Source: an uncultured Polyangiaceae bacterium (lineage in GTDB: Bacteria; Myxococcota_A; Polyangia; Polyangiales; Polyangiaceae). Taken from it: a stretch of 64,000 bases of DNA. Positions 9,596 through 18,269 of this stretch are shown here, in pieces. The stretch is from positions 896 through 64,895 of the forward strand of contig CAYOLF010000025.1 of the NCBI GenBank assembly GCA_964404725.1, written 5' to 3'. The notes below the pieces were generated by a model, which was given only the letters and a program-made list of their open reading frames with translations, did not search any database and was not told the DNA's origin. A program made the translations under genes and the position numbers. Position 1 is the first letter of the stretch. Each line of letters opens with the position of its first letter.

Positions 9596-10711
9596 TCAGC
9601 CCCGCATCAGCAGCACCAGCAACAGCGCGAGCGTCACGACCAGTCCCACCGCGAGCACGACCAGGGCGATGGTCATGCGCGCGCGGTCGCGGAGCAGCCG
9701 GCGCGCGGGGGCCGTCAGCTCGTCTGCCCGCTCCGGGGCGTAGTTCCGCCGGGGGCGCTCATTCACGACGGGGGGCCGCGCCGAGCGGCGGGGCGGAGGC
9801 CGCCCCGAGGCACGCTCGGGCGGCGCGCCGGCGGCGGGTCGGATGGACCCGGGCGGCTCGCTGAGCCCGACATGGACCCGGCGCACGTCATTCTCGTCGT
9901 CGTCCGCGTCCATCAGACTCGCGGCCGTGAGCGGCCCGGGTGAGGGCTCGATTGGCAGGAGGACCGAGGGGCTCTGCAGCGGCGATGGCGTCGGCGGGCG
10001 TCGGGGCAGCGGGAGAGGGCCCCGGGGCTCGTCCGGTGCGGGTCCAGGGCGAACGGCCGGGGGCGGAGTGGCTTGCAGGCGGGCACGCCCGGCATCCAGG
10101 GCCAGGGCATGCTCGAAGACCTCCGTGCGCGCGTCGTCCTCCGCCCGGTCCGAGGCCCTCGCGGCGGGCCGCGCGGGCGGCGGGGGTGCGCCGGGCGCCG
10201 CACCCGGCGCGAACGTGCGACCGGGCATCCGCCCCGCTGCCGGTTGTGGGGCCCGTGCCGGTTGCGTCGCGGGCGCGGGCGCCCGGCGCGCGGCCTTCGG
10301 TTGCGGCAGGAGGGCCTCGAGGACCCGGGTTTCGTCGTCGTCGTCGTCGTCGAGGTCCGCGAGTTCGCCGGCCCCGGGAGCGATCCGAGTGACGTCGTCG
10401 TCCTCGTCCGGGCCCGAGGCCCCGGGGGCGATCCGAGTGACGTCTTCGTTCTCGTCCGGGCCCGAGGCCCCGGGTTGTGGAGGCGGTGCGGGGCGCTGCA
10501 GGCCCATGGCGCGGAAGAAAGCGGGGACCGTGGCCAGCGGGCGCCAGATCGTCGTGCCTTCCCGGCAGACCTCCGACTCGAACGGCACCTTGCCGCGCTC
10601 GATCCCGAGGACGACGAGGGCGGTCGGAAAGGGCCCCACGGTCGCGCGGCCGCGCACCCGGACCTTCCAGCTCTCCATCGGGGTGGGGGTACCGGTAGCA
10701 GGCGAAGCCAC
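9596..10711 (-). CDS. GYF_2 (DUF4339)-like domain protein with a Pro-rich acidic repeat region and a C-terminal TM anchor
   Basis: N-terminus WKVRVRGRATVGPFPTALVVLGIERGKVPFESEVCREGTTIWRPLATVPAFF. C-terminus MTIALVVLAVGLVVTLALLLVLLMRG. The start is ambiguous: GTG 10711 or ATG 10678. Confidence 0.7.
   Translation of the reverse strand: MASPATGTPTPMESWKVRVRGRATVGPFPTALVVLGIERGKVPFESEVCREGTTIWRPLATVPAFFRAMGLQRPAPPPQPGASGPDENEDVTRIAPGASGPDEDDDVTRIAPGAGELADLDDDDDDETRVLEALLPQPKAARRAPAPATQPARAPQPAAGRMPGRTFAPGAAPGAPPPPARPAARASDRAEDDARTEVFEHALALDAGRARLQATPPPAVRPGPAPDEPRGPLPLPRRPPTPSPLQSPSVLLPIEPSPGPLTAASLMDADDDENDVRRVHVGLSEPPGSIRPAAGAPPERASGRPPPRRSARPPVVNERPRRNYAPERADELTAPARRLLRDRARMTIALVVLAVGLVVTLALLLVLLMRG
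10372..10467. repeat. 48-bp tandem coding repeat, 2 copies plus a partial third
   Basis: ccccgggRgcgatccgagtgacgtcKtcgtYctcgtccgggcccgagg begins at 10372, 10420 and 10468. It encodes GASGPDE(N/D)(E/D)DVTRIAP twice within the GYF protein. Confidence 0.9.
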
Positions 10712-10832
10712 AGCCGACTTGCCTCGTACCCCGATGGATCGCGCGCTTCAAGCGCCCGGCCCGGCGTCGCGGCGGCCGGGCGGCCTCGCGGCCCCCGCTA
10801 CCCGCTCCGATGGCGGGCTGTCGAAGGAGTTG

Positions 10833-10906
10833 TCGGGGCGGGCAGATTCGAACTGCCGACCTCACGGACCCGAACCGTGCGCGCTACCAAACTGCGCTAC
10901 GCCCCG
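10833..10906 (-). tRNA. tRNA-Pro (anticodon CGG)
   Basis: Hand-folded cloverleaf. Acceptor CGGGGCG/CGCCCCG, D stem GCGC/GCGC, anticodon stem CACGG/CCGTG with loop TTCGGGT. T stem GGCAG/CTGCC with loop TTCGAAT, discriminator A. 74 nt, CCA not encoded. Confidence 0.95.
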
Positions 10907-10929
10907 AATGGCGTCGTGACACCGCGGTG

Positions 10930-10961
10930 CCCCGAGGGCGCGCGAGGATGAAACCTCGGGG
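10930..10961 (-). terminator. Hairpin between etfA and tRNA-Pro
   Basis: CCCCGAGG-16 nt-CCTCGGGG, an 8-bp perfect stem downstream of the etfA stop. Confidence 0.3.
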
Positions 10962-10997
10962 GGCGCCTGTCAAGCTCGCGCCGGGGTTGCTCGCGGG

Positions 10998-11984
10998 TCA
11001 GACGTGGGGGGGGCCGCGACGGGCGGCGAGCGCCCGGGTCAGCTCCGGCACCGCCACTTCGAAGTCGGCGACCAGGCCGTAGTCGGCGATCTCGAAGATG
11101 GGCGCCTCGGGGTCGTGGTCGATGGCCACGATGACGCGCGCGGCGCGGATCCCGGCCAGGTGCTGGATGGCCCCGGAAACCCCGATCGCGACGTAGAGCT
11201 CGGGCGCGACGATCCTGCCTGTCTGTCCCACCTGGAGATCGCCGGGCGCCCAGCCGCCCTCGCAAGCGGCTCGCGTCGCGCCGATGGCGGCGCCGAGCTC
11301 GGCGGCGAGCGGCTCGAGCAGGGGGAAGAAGCGCTCCCGGAGCATCCGTCCTCCTGACACCACGACGCGGGCGTCGGCGAGATCCGGTCGGTCGCTGGCG
11401 TTTCGCTCGAACGCGAGCACGGCCACGCGGGCGTGCGCCGCCCCGGGCGCCACGCGGGGCGCGGGCTCGATCGGGGCGACGCCGTCGCCGCGCGGAGGCC
11501 GCGGGCGTAGCTCGCTGTGGCGCACGGACACCACGCCGTGCGGCGTCTCCACGCGGCATTGCTCCCAGGCCGCCCCCGCGAAGATCGCGCGCTGGAAGAG
11601 CAGGGCCCCGCCCTCGGCGGTCACCTCGCTGCAGTCGGCGACGTAGCCGGCGTCGAGGTGGGCCGCGACGCGCGGGAGCAGGTCCTTGCCGAACGAGGTG
11701 GCGGCGCCCACGGTCAGATCGTGGCCGGACGCCGCGGCGGCGACGGTGGGCGCGAGAACCTCCGCCGTGCCGTCCGCGAGGTCCGGGTGGTCAGCGACCA
11801 GGACGCGGTCCACGCCGAGCCTCGCCGCCTGCTCGGCCGCGGCCACGACGCCGTGTCCCAGGACGAGGACCGTGGTCGCGCCGGGGTCGAGCCGGTGGAC
11901 GCGGTCGGCGAAGGCGACGGCGCTCCCCGTCACGCGGCGCAGTCGGCCCTCGTCGAGCTCGGCGACGACGAGGATGTCCGTCAC
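10998..11984 (-). CDS. etfA: Electron transfer flavoprotein, alpha subunit
   Basis: 328 aa. MTDILVVAELDEG.., C-terminal FAD-binding region ..PELYVAIGVSGAIQHLAGI... Overlaps etfB by 4 nt. Confidence 0.9.
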   Translation of the reverse strand: MTDILVVAELDEGRLRRVTGSAVAFADRVHRLDPGATTVLVLGHGVVAAAEQAARLGVDRVLVADHPDLADGTAEVLAPTVAAAASGHDLTVGAATSFGKDLLPRVAAHLDAGYVADCSEVTAEGGALLFQRAIFAGAAWEQCRVETPHGVVSVRHSELRPRPPRGDGVAPIEPAPRVAPGAAHARVAVLAFERNASDRPDLADARVVVSGGRMLRERFFPLLEPLAAELGAAIGATRAACEGGWAPGDLQVGQTGRIVAPELYVAIGVSGAIQHLAGIRAARVIVAIDHDPEAPIFEIADYGLVADFEVAVPELTRALAARRGPPHV

Positions 11985-12811
11985 CGGAGCACCCTCGCTT
12001 CGTCGGCCAGCCGCGCGACGAGCTCTTCCACGCTCTCCACCCGCTGGCCCCGCGGGCGGGGGGGCGCGACGGCGGCGCGCACGCGCCGGACGCCGAGGTC
12101 GCCGGGGGGCACGAGCTCGTCCAGGTGCCGCACCACGAGCGGCTTGTGTTGCGCCTGGCGCGCGGCGAGGAGCGAGGGGAAGCGGACGCCCTCCCCGTAC
12201 TCGAAGGCGGATCCGGTGGCGCGGGAGCGCACCGCGCCCGGCCCCACGATGGCCAGATCGACCGTGACGACGGCGGGGAGCTGGACGTGCACGCGCAGCA
12301 GGCCGCCGTCGACCTGGCGCTCGACCACGAGCCCGTCGTCGGTCTCGCGGAGGGCCACCGCGAACGACGCCACCGGCCAGTCGAGCAGCGTGCCCAGGCG
12401 CTGCCCGACCTGGCCCGAATCGCCGTCCACCGTCTGCTTGCCGAGGAGCACGAGGTCGGGGCGCTCCTCGGCGACCAGCCGCGCCAGCGCCTTGCTCACC
12501 AGCCGCCCGTCGAGGGCGTCGTCGGTCACGGCCACCCGGACGGCGCGATCGGCGCCGAGCCCGAGCGCGTTGCGCAGGGAGGTGTCGGCCTCCTCGGGGC
12601 CCAGCGTCGCGACGACCACCTCCCCGAGCCGGCGCCGCGGGGTGCGACCGTCCTCGGTCAGGCGGAGCGCTGCCTCCAGGGCGTGCAGGTCGAAGGGGTT
12701 GATCTGCCAGTCGAGGGCGGTCGTGTCGAGGTCGTCGCCGGCCCCCGTCGCGCGGAGCCGGTCCGCGCGGTCGAGATCGGCGACGCGCTTGAGTGAGAGG
12801 AGGATCTTCAC
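11981..12811 (-). CDS. etfB: Electron transfer flavoprotein, beta subunit
   Basis: I re-set the start to GTG 12811 (VKILLSLKRV..INPFDLHALEAALRL..). The track ORF start at 12976 adds an Arg/Pro-rich unlikely extension. Confidence 0.87.
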   Translation of the reverse strand: MKILLSLKRVADLDRADRLRATGAGDDLDTTALDWQINPFDLHALEAALRLTEDGRTPRRRLGEVVVATLGPEEADTSLRNALGLGADRAVRVAVTDDALDGRLVSKALARLVAEERPDLVLLGKQTVDGDSGQVGQRLGTLLDWPVASFAVALRETDDGLVVERQVDGGLLRVHVQLPAVVTVDLAIVGPGAVRSRATGSAFEYGEGVRFPSLLAARQAQHKPLVVRHLDELVPPGDLGVRRVRAAVAPPRPRGQRVESVEELVARLADEARVLR

Positions 12812-13016
12812 GGCCGAAGGCGGGGTGCGGGCGAGGCGCCCGGTGCGGTGCGCGCGAGGCGGAATACCGCGCGGGGTCGGGCGCCGCAACGCTACCTGAA
12901 CGCCGCGGCGGCGAGGTCGCCTCTGCGTCGGGCCGCCCCCGCCGGCGGCCCCGGCGCCGTGGCTCCCGATTGCCAAACCCGGTCCGCGGGTTCAGAGTTC
13001 GGCGCCTTCACCACCG

Positions 13017-14627
13017 ATGCCCATCACGACTGATTTCTTGGTGCTCGGCAGCGGCATCGCCGGGCTCACCTTCGCTCTTCATGCCGCTGCCCACGGCGAG
13101 GTGCTCATCATCACCAAGCGGCTGCTCGACGACTGCGCGACCGCGCGAGCGCAGGGCGGGGTGGCAGCGGTGCTCTCGGAGTGCGACAGCTTCGAGCAGC
13201 ACGTCAAAGACACGCTCGAGGCCGGGGCCGGGCTTTGCCACGACATCGTGGTGGAGGTCTGCGTTCGCGAGGGCCCAGCGGCGGTGCGGTGGCTCGGCAC
13301 GCTCGGGCTCGAGCTGTCGCACGGCGAAGACGGCGAGCTCGACCTCGGTCGCGAGGGTGGTCACTCGCAGCGGCGCGTCGCCCACGCCGGCGACATCACC
13401 GGGCGCGAGATAGAGAACGTCCTGGTCGCTGCGGTGCGCGCCCACCCCCGGATCCGCGTGCTCGAGTGGCACACGGCGATCGATCTGGTCACCTGCACGC
13501 GCTACGGGAACTCCGACCAGTGCGTGGGCGCCTACGTCCTCGACGAGCGCGGCTCGCGGGTGGAGACGATCCTGGCGCGGGCGACGGTGCTGGCCACTGG
13601 CGGCGCTGGCAAGGTCTACCTCTACACCTCCAGCCCGGACGTCTCGAGCGGCGATGGGGTGGCGATGGCGTACCGCGCCGGGGCGGAGGTGGCGAACATG
13701 GAATTTTACCAGTTCCACCCCACCGTGCTCTTCGATCCGCGGGCCAAGAACTTCCTCATCAGCGAGGCGCTCCGCGGCGAGGGCGCCGTGCTGCGCCTCC
13801 AGAGCGGGGAGGCGTTCATGGCGAAGTACCACCCGCGGGCGGATCTGGCGCCGCGTGACGTCGTTGCGCGGGCGATCGATCACGAGATGAAGCGCACGGG
13901 GTCCGATTTCGTGCTGCTGGACATCACCGCCAAGAGCCGGGAGTTCATCGCCGGGCGCTTCCCGAACATCTACGCCGAGTGCCAGCGCTGGGGCTACGAT
14001 CTCGCCGCGGCCCCCATCCCGGTGGTGCCCGCGGCCCACTACATGTGCGGCGGCGTGACCACCGACATGCGGGGTCGCACCAGCGTCCCCGGGCTGTGGG
14101 CGGTGGGAGAGACGGCCTGCACGGGCCTGCATGGGGCGAACCGGCTCGCGTCGAACTCCCTGCTCGAGGGGCTCGTCTTCGCCATCCGGGCCGCCGCCAA
14201 GCTACAGGAGAAGATCGTGGAGCTTCGCGCCACACCTTTCCTCGAGGTGCCGGAGTGGCAGGTCGGGGAGGCGGTGCCCAGCGACGAGGCCGTGATCGTC
14301 TCGCACAACTGGGACGAGCTCCGGCGGCTCATGTGGAACTACGTGGGGATTGTCCGGAGCGACGCCCGGCTGCTCCGCGCGTCCCGGCGCCTCACGGTCC
14401 TACAGGAAGAGATCCGGGACTACTACTGGAAGCACCTGGTCACCCGTGACCTGCTCGAGCTCAGGAACATCGCGACCGTCGCGGATCTCATGGTTTCCTC
14501 GGCGATGGCACGCCGGGAGAGCCGTGGTTTGCACTTCAACCTCGACTGCCCCGCCCTCGCGCCCGAGCTCGCCGTAGACACGGTGGCCAAGCGCGGCGTG
14601 GCCCCGCACCTGCGCGGGCGCGGATGA
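13017..14627 (+). CDS. nadB: L-aspartate oxidase
   Basis: 536 aa. DFLVLGSGIAGLTFAL (FAD fold), ..HYMCGGV..GLWAVGE.ACTGLHGANRLASNSLLE. Confidence 0.93.
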   Translation: MPITTDFLVLGSGIAGLTFALHAAAHGEVLIITKRLLDDCATARAQGGVAAVLSECDSFEQHVKDTLEAGAGLCHDIVVEVCVREGPAAVRWLGTLGLELSHGEDGELDLGREGGHSQRRVAHAGDITGREIENVLVAAVRAHPRIRVLEWHTAIDLVTCTRYGNSDQCVGAYVLDERGSRVETILARATVLATGGAGKVYLYTSSPDVSSGDGVAMAYRAGAEVANMEFYQFHPTVLFDPRAKNFLISEALRGEGAVLRLQSGEAFMAKYHPRADLAPRDVVARAIDHEMKRTGSDFVLLDITAKSREFIAGRFPNIYAECQRWGYDLAAAPIPVVPAAHYMCGGVTTDMRGRTSVPGLWAVGETACTGLHGANRLASNSLLEGLVFAIRAAAKLQEKIVELRATPFLEVPEWQVGEAVPSDEAVIVSHNWDELRRLMWNYVGIVRSDARLLRASRRLTVLQEEIRDYYWKHLVTRDLLELRNIATVADLMVSSAMARRESRGLHFNLDCPALAPELAVDTVAKRGVAPHLRGRG

Positions 14628-15445
14628 CCGACACGCCGCTCTCCGTGGGCGGCGCGGCGCTCTGGTCCGTGGCGGCGGCCGCCCTGCTCGGGCTGGGGCT
14701 GACCGCACTGGTCGCGATCGCCCCCGCCGCGGCGCACGACGCGGTGCTGGTCGGCGCGGTGGAGCTCCTGGCGCTGCTCGCGGTCGCGCTCCTCGCGCTC
14801 CGCGCTCACGCGCCCGAGCGGGGGCTCCGGGATCTCGCCGGCCTCCGCCCCACCGATCCGGCGCTGCCCGCGCTCGGGCTCCTGCTCGGAGCGCTGCTTC
14901 AGCTCCCCGCCGCCGCGCTCCGTGGGCTGGTGGAGCGCCTGGCGCCGACGCCCCCGGACGCCCTGGTGCGGCGGGCGCTCCTGCTCGAGGTGAGCGGTCC
15001 CGCCGACCTGGTGGCGACGGTCGTCATGGTAGCTTGCCTGGTGCCGCTGGCAGAGGAGCTCTGGACGCGCGGCGTGCTCTTCGGGCTCGTCGCCCCGCGG
15101 CGGGGGCGCGTCGTCGCGGCGGCGGTCAGCGTGGGCGCCTTCCTGGTCCTGCACGCCGTCTCCTGGCGCGACCTGCCGACCCTGACCCTGGCCGGCGGCG
15201 TGCTCGGACTGCTGCGGGCCGTGAGCGGATCGCTCTTGCCCGCGCTCGCGCTCCACGTCGCGTTCAACGCCACGGGGGTGCTCTTGCTGGTGACGGGTGC
15301 GGCCTCGGCGACGCGCCCGCTCGCGCCGTCACCCGGCGTCGTCGCCCTCGGCCTGCTGGGGATCCTGGCGGCGCTGCTCGCCGCCGGGTGGGTTGCTCGC
15401 CGGAGCCGCGTCGCGCGGCAGGCGCGCCTGGGGGACGAGCCGTGA
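14624..15445 (+). CDS. CPBP-family (CAAX-type) intramembrane glutamic protease
   Basis: Polytopic membrane protein with motifs EELWTRG (EExxxR), FLVLH (FxxxH) and HVAFN (HxxxN). Its ATG overlaps the nadB stop (ATGA). Confidence 0.85.
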   Translation: MTDTPLSVGGAALWSVAAAALLGLGLTALVAIAPAAAHDAVLVGAVELLALLAVALLALRAHAPERGLRDLAGLRPTDPALPALGLLLGALLQLPAAALRGLVERLAPTPPDALVRRALLLEVSGPADLVATVVMVACLVPLAEELWTRGVLFGLVAPRRGRVVAAAVSVGAFLVLHAVSWRDLPTLTLAGGVLGLLRAVSGSLLPALALHVAFNATGVLLLVTGAASATRPLAPSPGVVALGLLGILAALLAAGWVARRSRVARQARLGDEP

Positions 15446-16572
15446 GCGCACCGGGGCGGGTGGTGCTCTGCCTGCCGGGAGGCGGCGCCACGGGCGCGAT
15501 GTACCAGATCGGCGCGCTGGCGGCGCTCGAGGACGCGCTGGAGGGCTTCGACGCGAACGGGCTACACGCCTACGTCGGGGCGTCGAGCGGCGCCAGCGTC
15601 GCGGCGGCGTTGGCCGGGGGGCGGCGGGTCCAGCGCATCTACCGCGCGTTCCTCGACCCGTCCGACAACTACTTCCCGCTCGAGCGCGACCACCTTTACC
15701 GGACCGACTGGGACGAGTGGCGGCGCGTCATCGCGACGGGGAGCAGCGCGCTCCGCCGGGGGACCCGCAGCATGCTGCTGCGGGCCGCGCCGCCGAGCCC
15801 GGCGGTCCTCTGGGAAGAGCTCGATCGTTTCAACGACTCCCTCCCCGCGGGGGTGTTCTCGCTCGACGCCTACGAGCGGTTCCTCGCCGCCTTCTTCGAG
15901 CGACGGGGCGTCCCCAACACCTTCTCGGCGCTGCCGCGCCCGCTGCGCGTGGTGAGCCACGAGCTCGACTCGGGGGCGCTCACGGTCTTCGGCGCCGAGC
16001 CGCACCACCACGTCCCGGTGAGCCGGGCCTGCATCGCGTCGATGGCGCTGCCCCCCCTGTTCTCGCCCGTTCGCGTCGGGGATCGGCACTACGTGGACGC
16101 GGGCGCGGCCCAGGTCGCTCACCTGGACGTAGCCCTGGGCGAGGGGGCTGACGCGCTCGTCGTGGTAAACCCCATGGTTCCCGTCCGCGCGACCACGGTG
16201 CCGACCGGGCACGGGCACCGCACGAGCGTCCGCGACAAGGGGGCCGTCTGGGTCATGCACCAGGTGCTCCGGATGGGGATCCACGAGGCGATGCGGGAGG
16301 CCTGCCGGCGGATCACCGCGACGGTGCCGGTGCTCCTCGTCGAGCCGGATCCGATGGACGGGATCTTGTTCATGTACAGCCCGGCCAGCTTCGCGGCGCG
16401 GCGGAGCATCCTCGAGCACGCCTACCGGACGACACGGAGCCGCGTCGCCACCTGGGTCGCTGATGGCCATGCCGCCCTGGTCACCGGGGGTTACCGGCTC
16501 CGGGCGACGGAGGCGGAGGGGGGGCGGCGTGGGTCGGAGGTGCCGCCGTCGCGAGGCGGAGGCGAGCGGTGA
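15442..16572 (+). CDS. Patatin-like phospholipase
   Basis: I re-set the start to GTG 15442, overlapping the CPBP stop (GTGA). CLPGGGATGAMYQIGAL (oxyanion Gly loop), GASSG (GxSxG nucleophile) and YVDAGA (catalytic Asp-Gly) are all present. Confidence 0.85.
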   Translation: MSAPGRVVLCLPGGGATGAMYQIGALAALEDALEGFDANGLHAYVGASSGASVAAALAGGRRVQRIYRAFLDPSDNYFPLERDHLYRTDWDEWRRVIATGSSALRRGTRSMLLRAAPPSPAVLWEELDRFNDSLPAGVFSLDAYERFLAAFFERRGVPNTFSALPRPLRVVSHELDSGALTVFGAEPHHHVPVSRACIASMALPPLFSPVRVGDRHYVDAGAAQVAHLDVALGEGADALVVVNPMVPVRATTVPTGHGHRTSVRDKGAVWVMHQVLRMGIHEAMREACRRITATVPVLLVEPDPMDGILFMYSPASFAARRSILEHAYRTTRSRVATWVADGHAALVTGGYRLRATEAEGGRRGSEVPPSRGGGER

Positions 16573-16626
16573 CGGGGTGGGGAGAGCGTTCGGGGCGGGG
16601 TGGCGCGGGGGGGGCCTCGCGTTAGG

Positions 16627-17130
16627 ATGCGCCGCGTGGCGTCGCGCCGGCTCATGACCGCTGCCATCCTGCTCGTCGGGTGGCTCGCGGCCGGCTGTCA
16701 GCGGCCGTACCGGGTGGGGGAGTACGTGCTCGTGCAGTGGGAGGAGGGCGGGCCCGCCTACCCGGCGTACGTCGTCGAGGTGCGGAGCCGGACGCGTTTT
16801 CGCGTTCACTTCGACGGCTACGAGACGCGCTGGGACGAAGAGGTGGGGATCGAGCGCATCGTCGGGCGGGTGCAGGGGCCGGTGGCGCCGCCGCCCCCGC
16901 CGGTGAAGGTCGCCGCCGCCGCGGGGATCCCACCGCATCCGAGCAGCTCCGCCGCGACGGCGGCCCCCTACCGAGTCGGCGACCGGGTGCGGGTGACCTG
17001 GCGCGGCTCGCCGTACGCGGCGACCATCATCGCGGTTGTCGCGCCCGACCGCTTCGTGGTGCACTACGAGGGGCACGAGTCGGCCTGGGACGAGACGATC
17101 CACATCGATCGAATCGTCACCCAGTACTGA
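16627..17130 (+). CDS. Lipoprotein with two tandem Tudor/Agenet-like SH3-barrel repeats
   Basis: MRRVASRRLMTAAILLVGWLAAGC has a lipobox-like end. Repeat 1 is YRVGEYVLVQWEEGGPAYPAYVVEV..FRVHFDGYETRWDEEVGIERIV. Repeat 2 is YRVGDRVRVTWRGSPYAATIIAVV..FVVHYEGHESAWDETIHIDRIV. The start could also be GTG 16600. Confidence 0.7.
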   Translation: MRRVASRRLMTAAILLVGWLAAGCQRPYRVGEYVLVQWEEGGPAYPAYVVEVRSRTRFRVHFDGYETRWDEEVGIERIVGRVQGPVAPPPPPVKVAAAAGIPPHPSSSAATAAPYRVGDRVRVTWRGSPYAATIIAVVAPDRFVVHYEGHESAWDETIHIDRIVTQY

Positions 17131-17174
17131 GGCCCCGCCGCGCGGGGGCGATCGCCGCGACGGCGGCCGCTCGA

Positions 17175-17534
17175 TCAGCGTTCGCCCGGCATGCGCCCGG
17201 TCGCCCGCCAGGCGATGGCGAGCCGGCCGCGCTCCTCGGGCGTGAGCAGGTCCGGGCACGCGTCGACCCAGGCCCAGGCGCGGCGCAGCCAGCGGTCGGC
17301 CGCGGCCAGATCGCCCACGGCGAGGTGGGCGAGGCCGCGCTCGAGGCAGTAGCGGGCGCGCCAGCGGGGAGCGTGCGCGTCGAGGCGGCCCTCGAGCGCC
17401 AGGAGCTCCGCCAGCGCCTCGGGGATGCGGGCCTCCTCGGCGGCGTGCACGGCGCGGCCCAGGCGGGGCCCGCCGCAGGCGGAGAGCCCGGTGGCCAGCG
17501 TCAGGAGCCAGGCGGCCGCCAGGGGGGAGCGCAT
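17175..17534 (-). CDS. Small helical lipoprotein, hypothetical (119 aa)
   Basis: ATG at 17534. MRSPLAAAWLLTLATGLSACGG (lipobox LSAC), followed by a helical-repeat-like sequence. The track ORF 17175..19856 is an antisense over-extension across bipA. Confidence 0.6.
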   Translation of the reverse strand: MRSPLAAAWLLTLATGLSACGGPRLGRAVHAAEEARIPEALAELLALEGRLDAHAPRWRARYCLERGLAHLAVGDLAAADRWLRRAWAWVDACPDLLTPEERGRLAIAWRATGRMPGER

Positions 17535-17639
17535 GAGCCCGGGTCGTCCACGCGGGTCCACCGGTTGCGGGGCGCCACCCCGTAGACCCGGTCGCCCGCG
17601 CTTCCGCAGCGAGCGGCGCTCGCCTACGCTCCTCGCCCG

Positions 17640-18191
17640 ATGGACCCGGCCTCGCAGAACCTGGCGGCGAACGTCCGACGACTGCGCGAGGCGCGCGGGC
17701 TCACTCAGCGGGACCTCGCCGAGCTCTCCGGGGTTCCGCGCCCCACCCTGGCGCACATCGAGTCCGGGGAGGCGAACCCGACGCTGCACGTCCTCGTCAA
17801 GGTCGCGGCGGCCCTCGCGAGTCCCATCGAGGGACTGATCGTCGACCCGGGGGCGCCGGTGCGCCGGATCCCGCGGGGATCGCTGCCCGCGCGGGCCCGC
17901 GGCGGCGTCGTCGTGCGAGACCTCATCCCCGACCCCGTGCCGGGTCTGAGCTTCGACCGGAGCGAGCTCGCGCCGGGCGCCCGGTGCCGCCTGACCCCGG
18001 GCGGGCCCGGGATCCGCCGCTTCATCACCTGCGAGCGCGGCACCCTGGAGGTCGAGGCCGGGGAGGAGCGCTGGGGGCTCGGGAGCGGCGACCTTCTCGT
18101 CGCGGGGGGCGAGGTGGCGCTCACGGTGGCGAACGCGGGGCGCGGCACCGTCGCCGTCTACACCGTGTCCGCGCCGGTCCTCAATCGTTGA
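17640..18191 (+). CDS. XRE-family HTH regulator with a C-terminal cupin domain
   Basis: LREARGLTQRDLAELSGVPRPTLAHIESGEANPTLHVLVKVAAAL, then a beta-rich cupin-like C-terminus. Confidence 0.87.
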   Translation: MDPASQNLAANVRRLREARGLTQRDLAELSGVPRPTLAHIESGEANPTLHVLVKVAAALASPIEGLIVDPGAPVRRIPRGSLPARARGGVVVRDLIPDPVPGLSFDRSELAPGARCRLTPGGPGIRRFITCERGTLEVEAGEERWGLGSGDLLVAGGEVALTVANAGRGTVAVYTVSAPVLNR

Positions 18192-18269
18192 GGCCGCCCC
18201 GGCGCGGATCGTGGCACGGACCGGCGCGACTTGCGTGGGGCCCCCGATCGCGATAGTCCGCGGCGCCCG

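Noticed and set aside
9357-10997. tRNA-Pro as an integration hotspot or genomic island boundary
   Set aside because: There is no integrase, no transposase, and I saw no direct repeat of the tRNA 3' end. The neighbouring genes have the same GC and codon style as the rest of the window.
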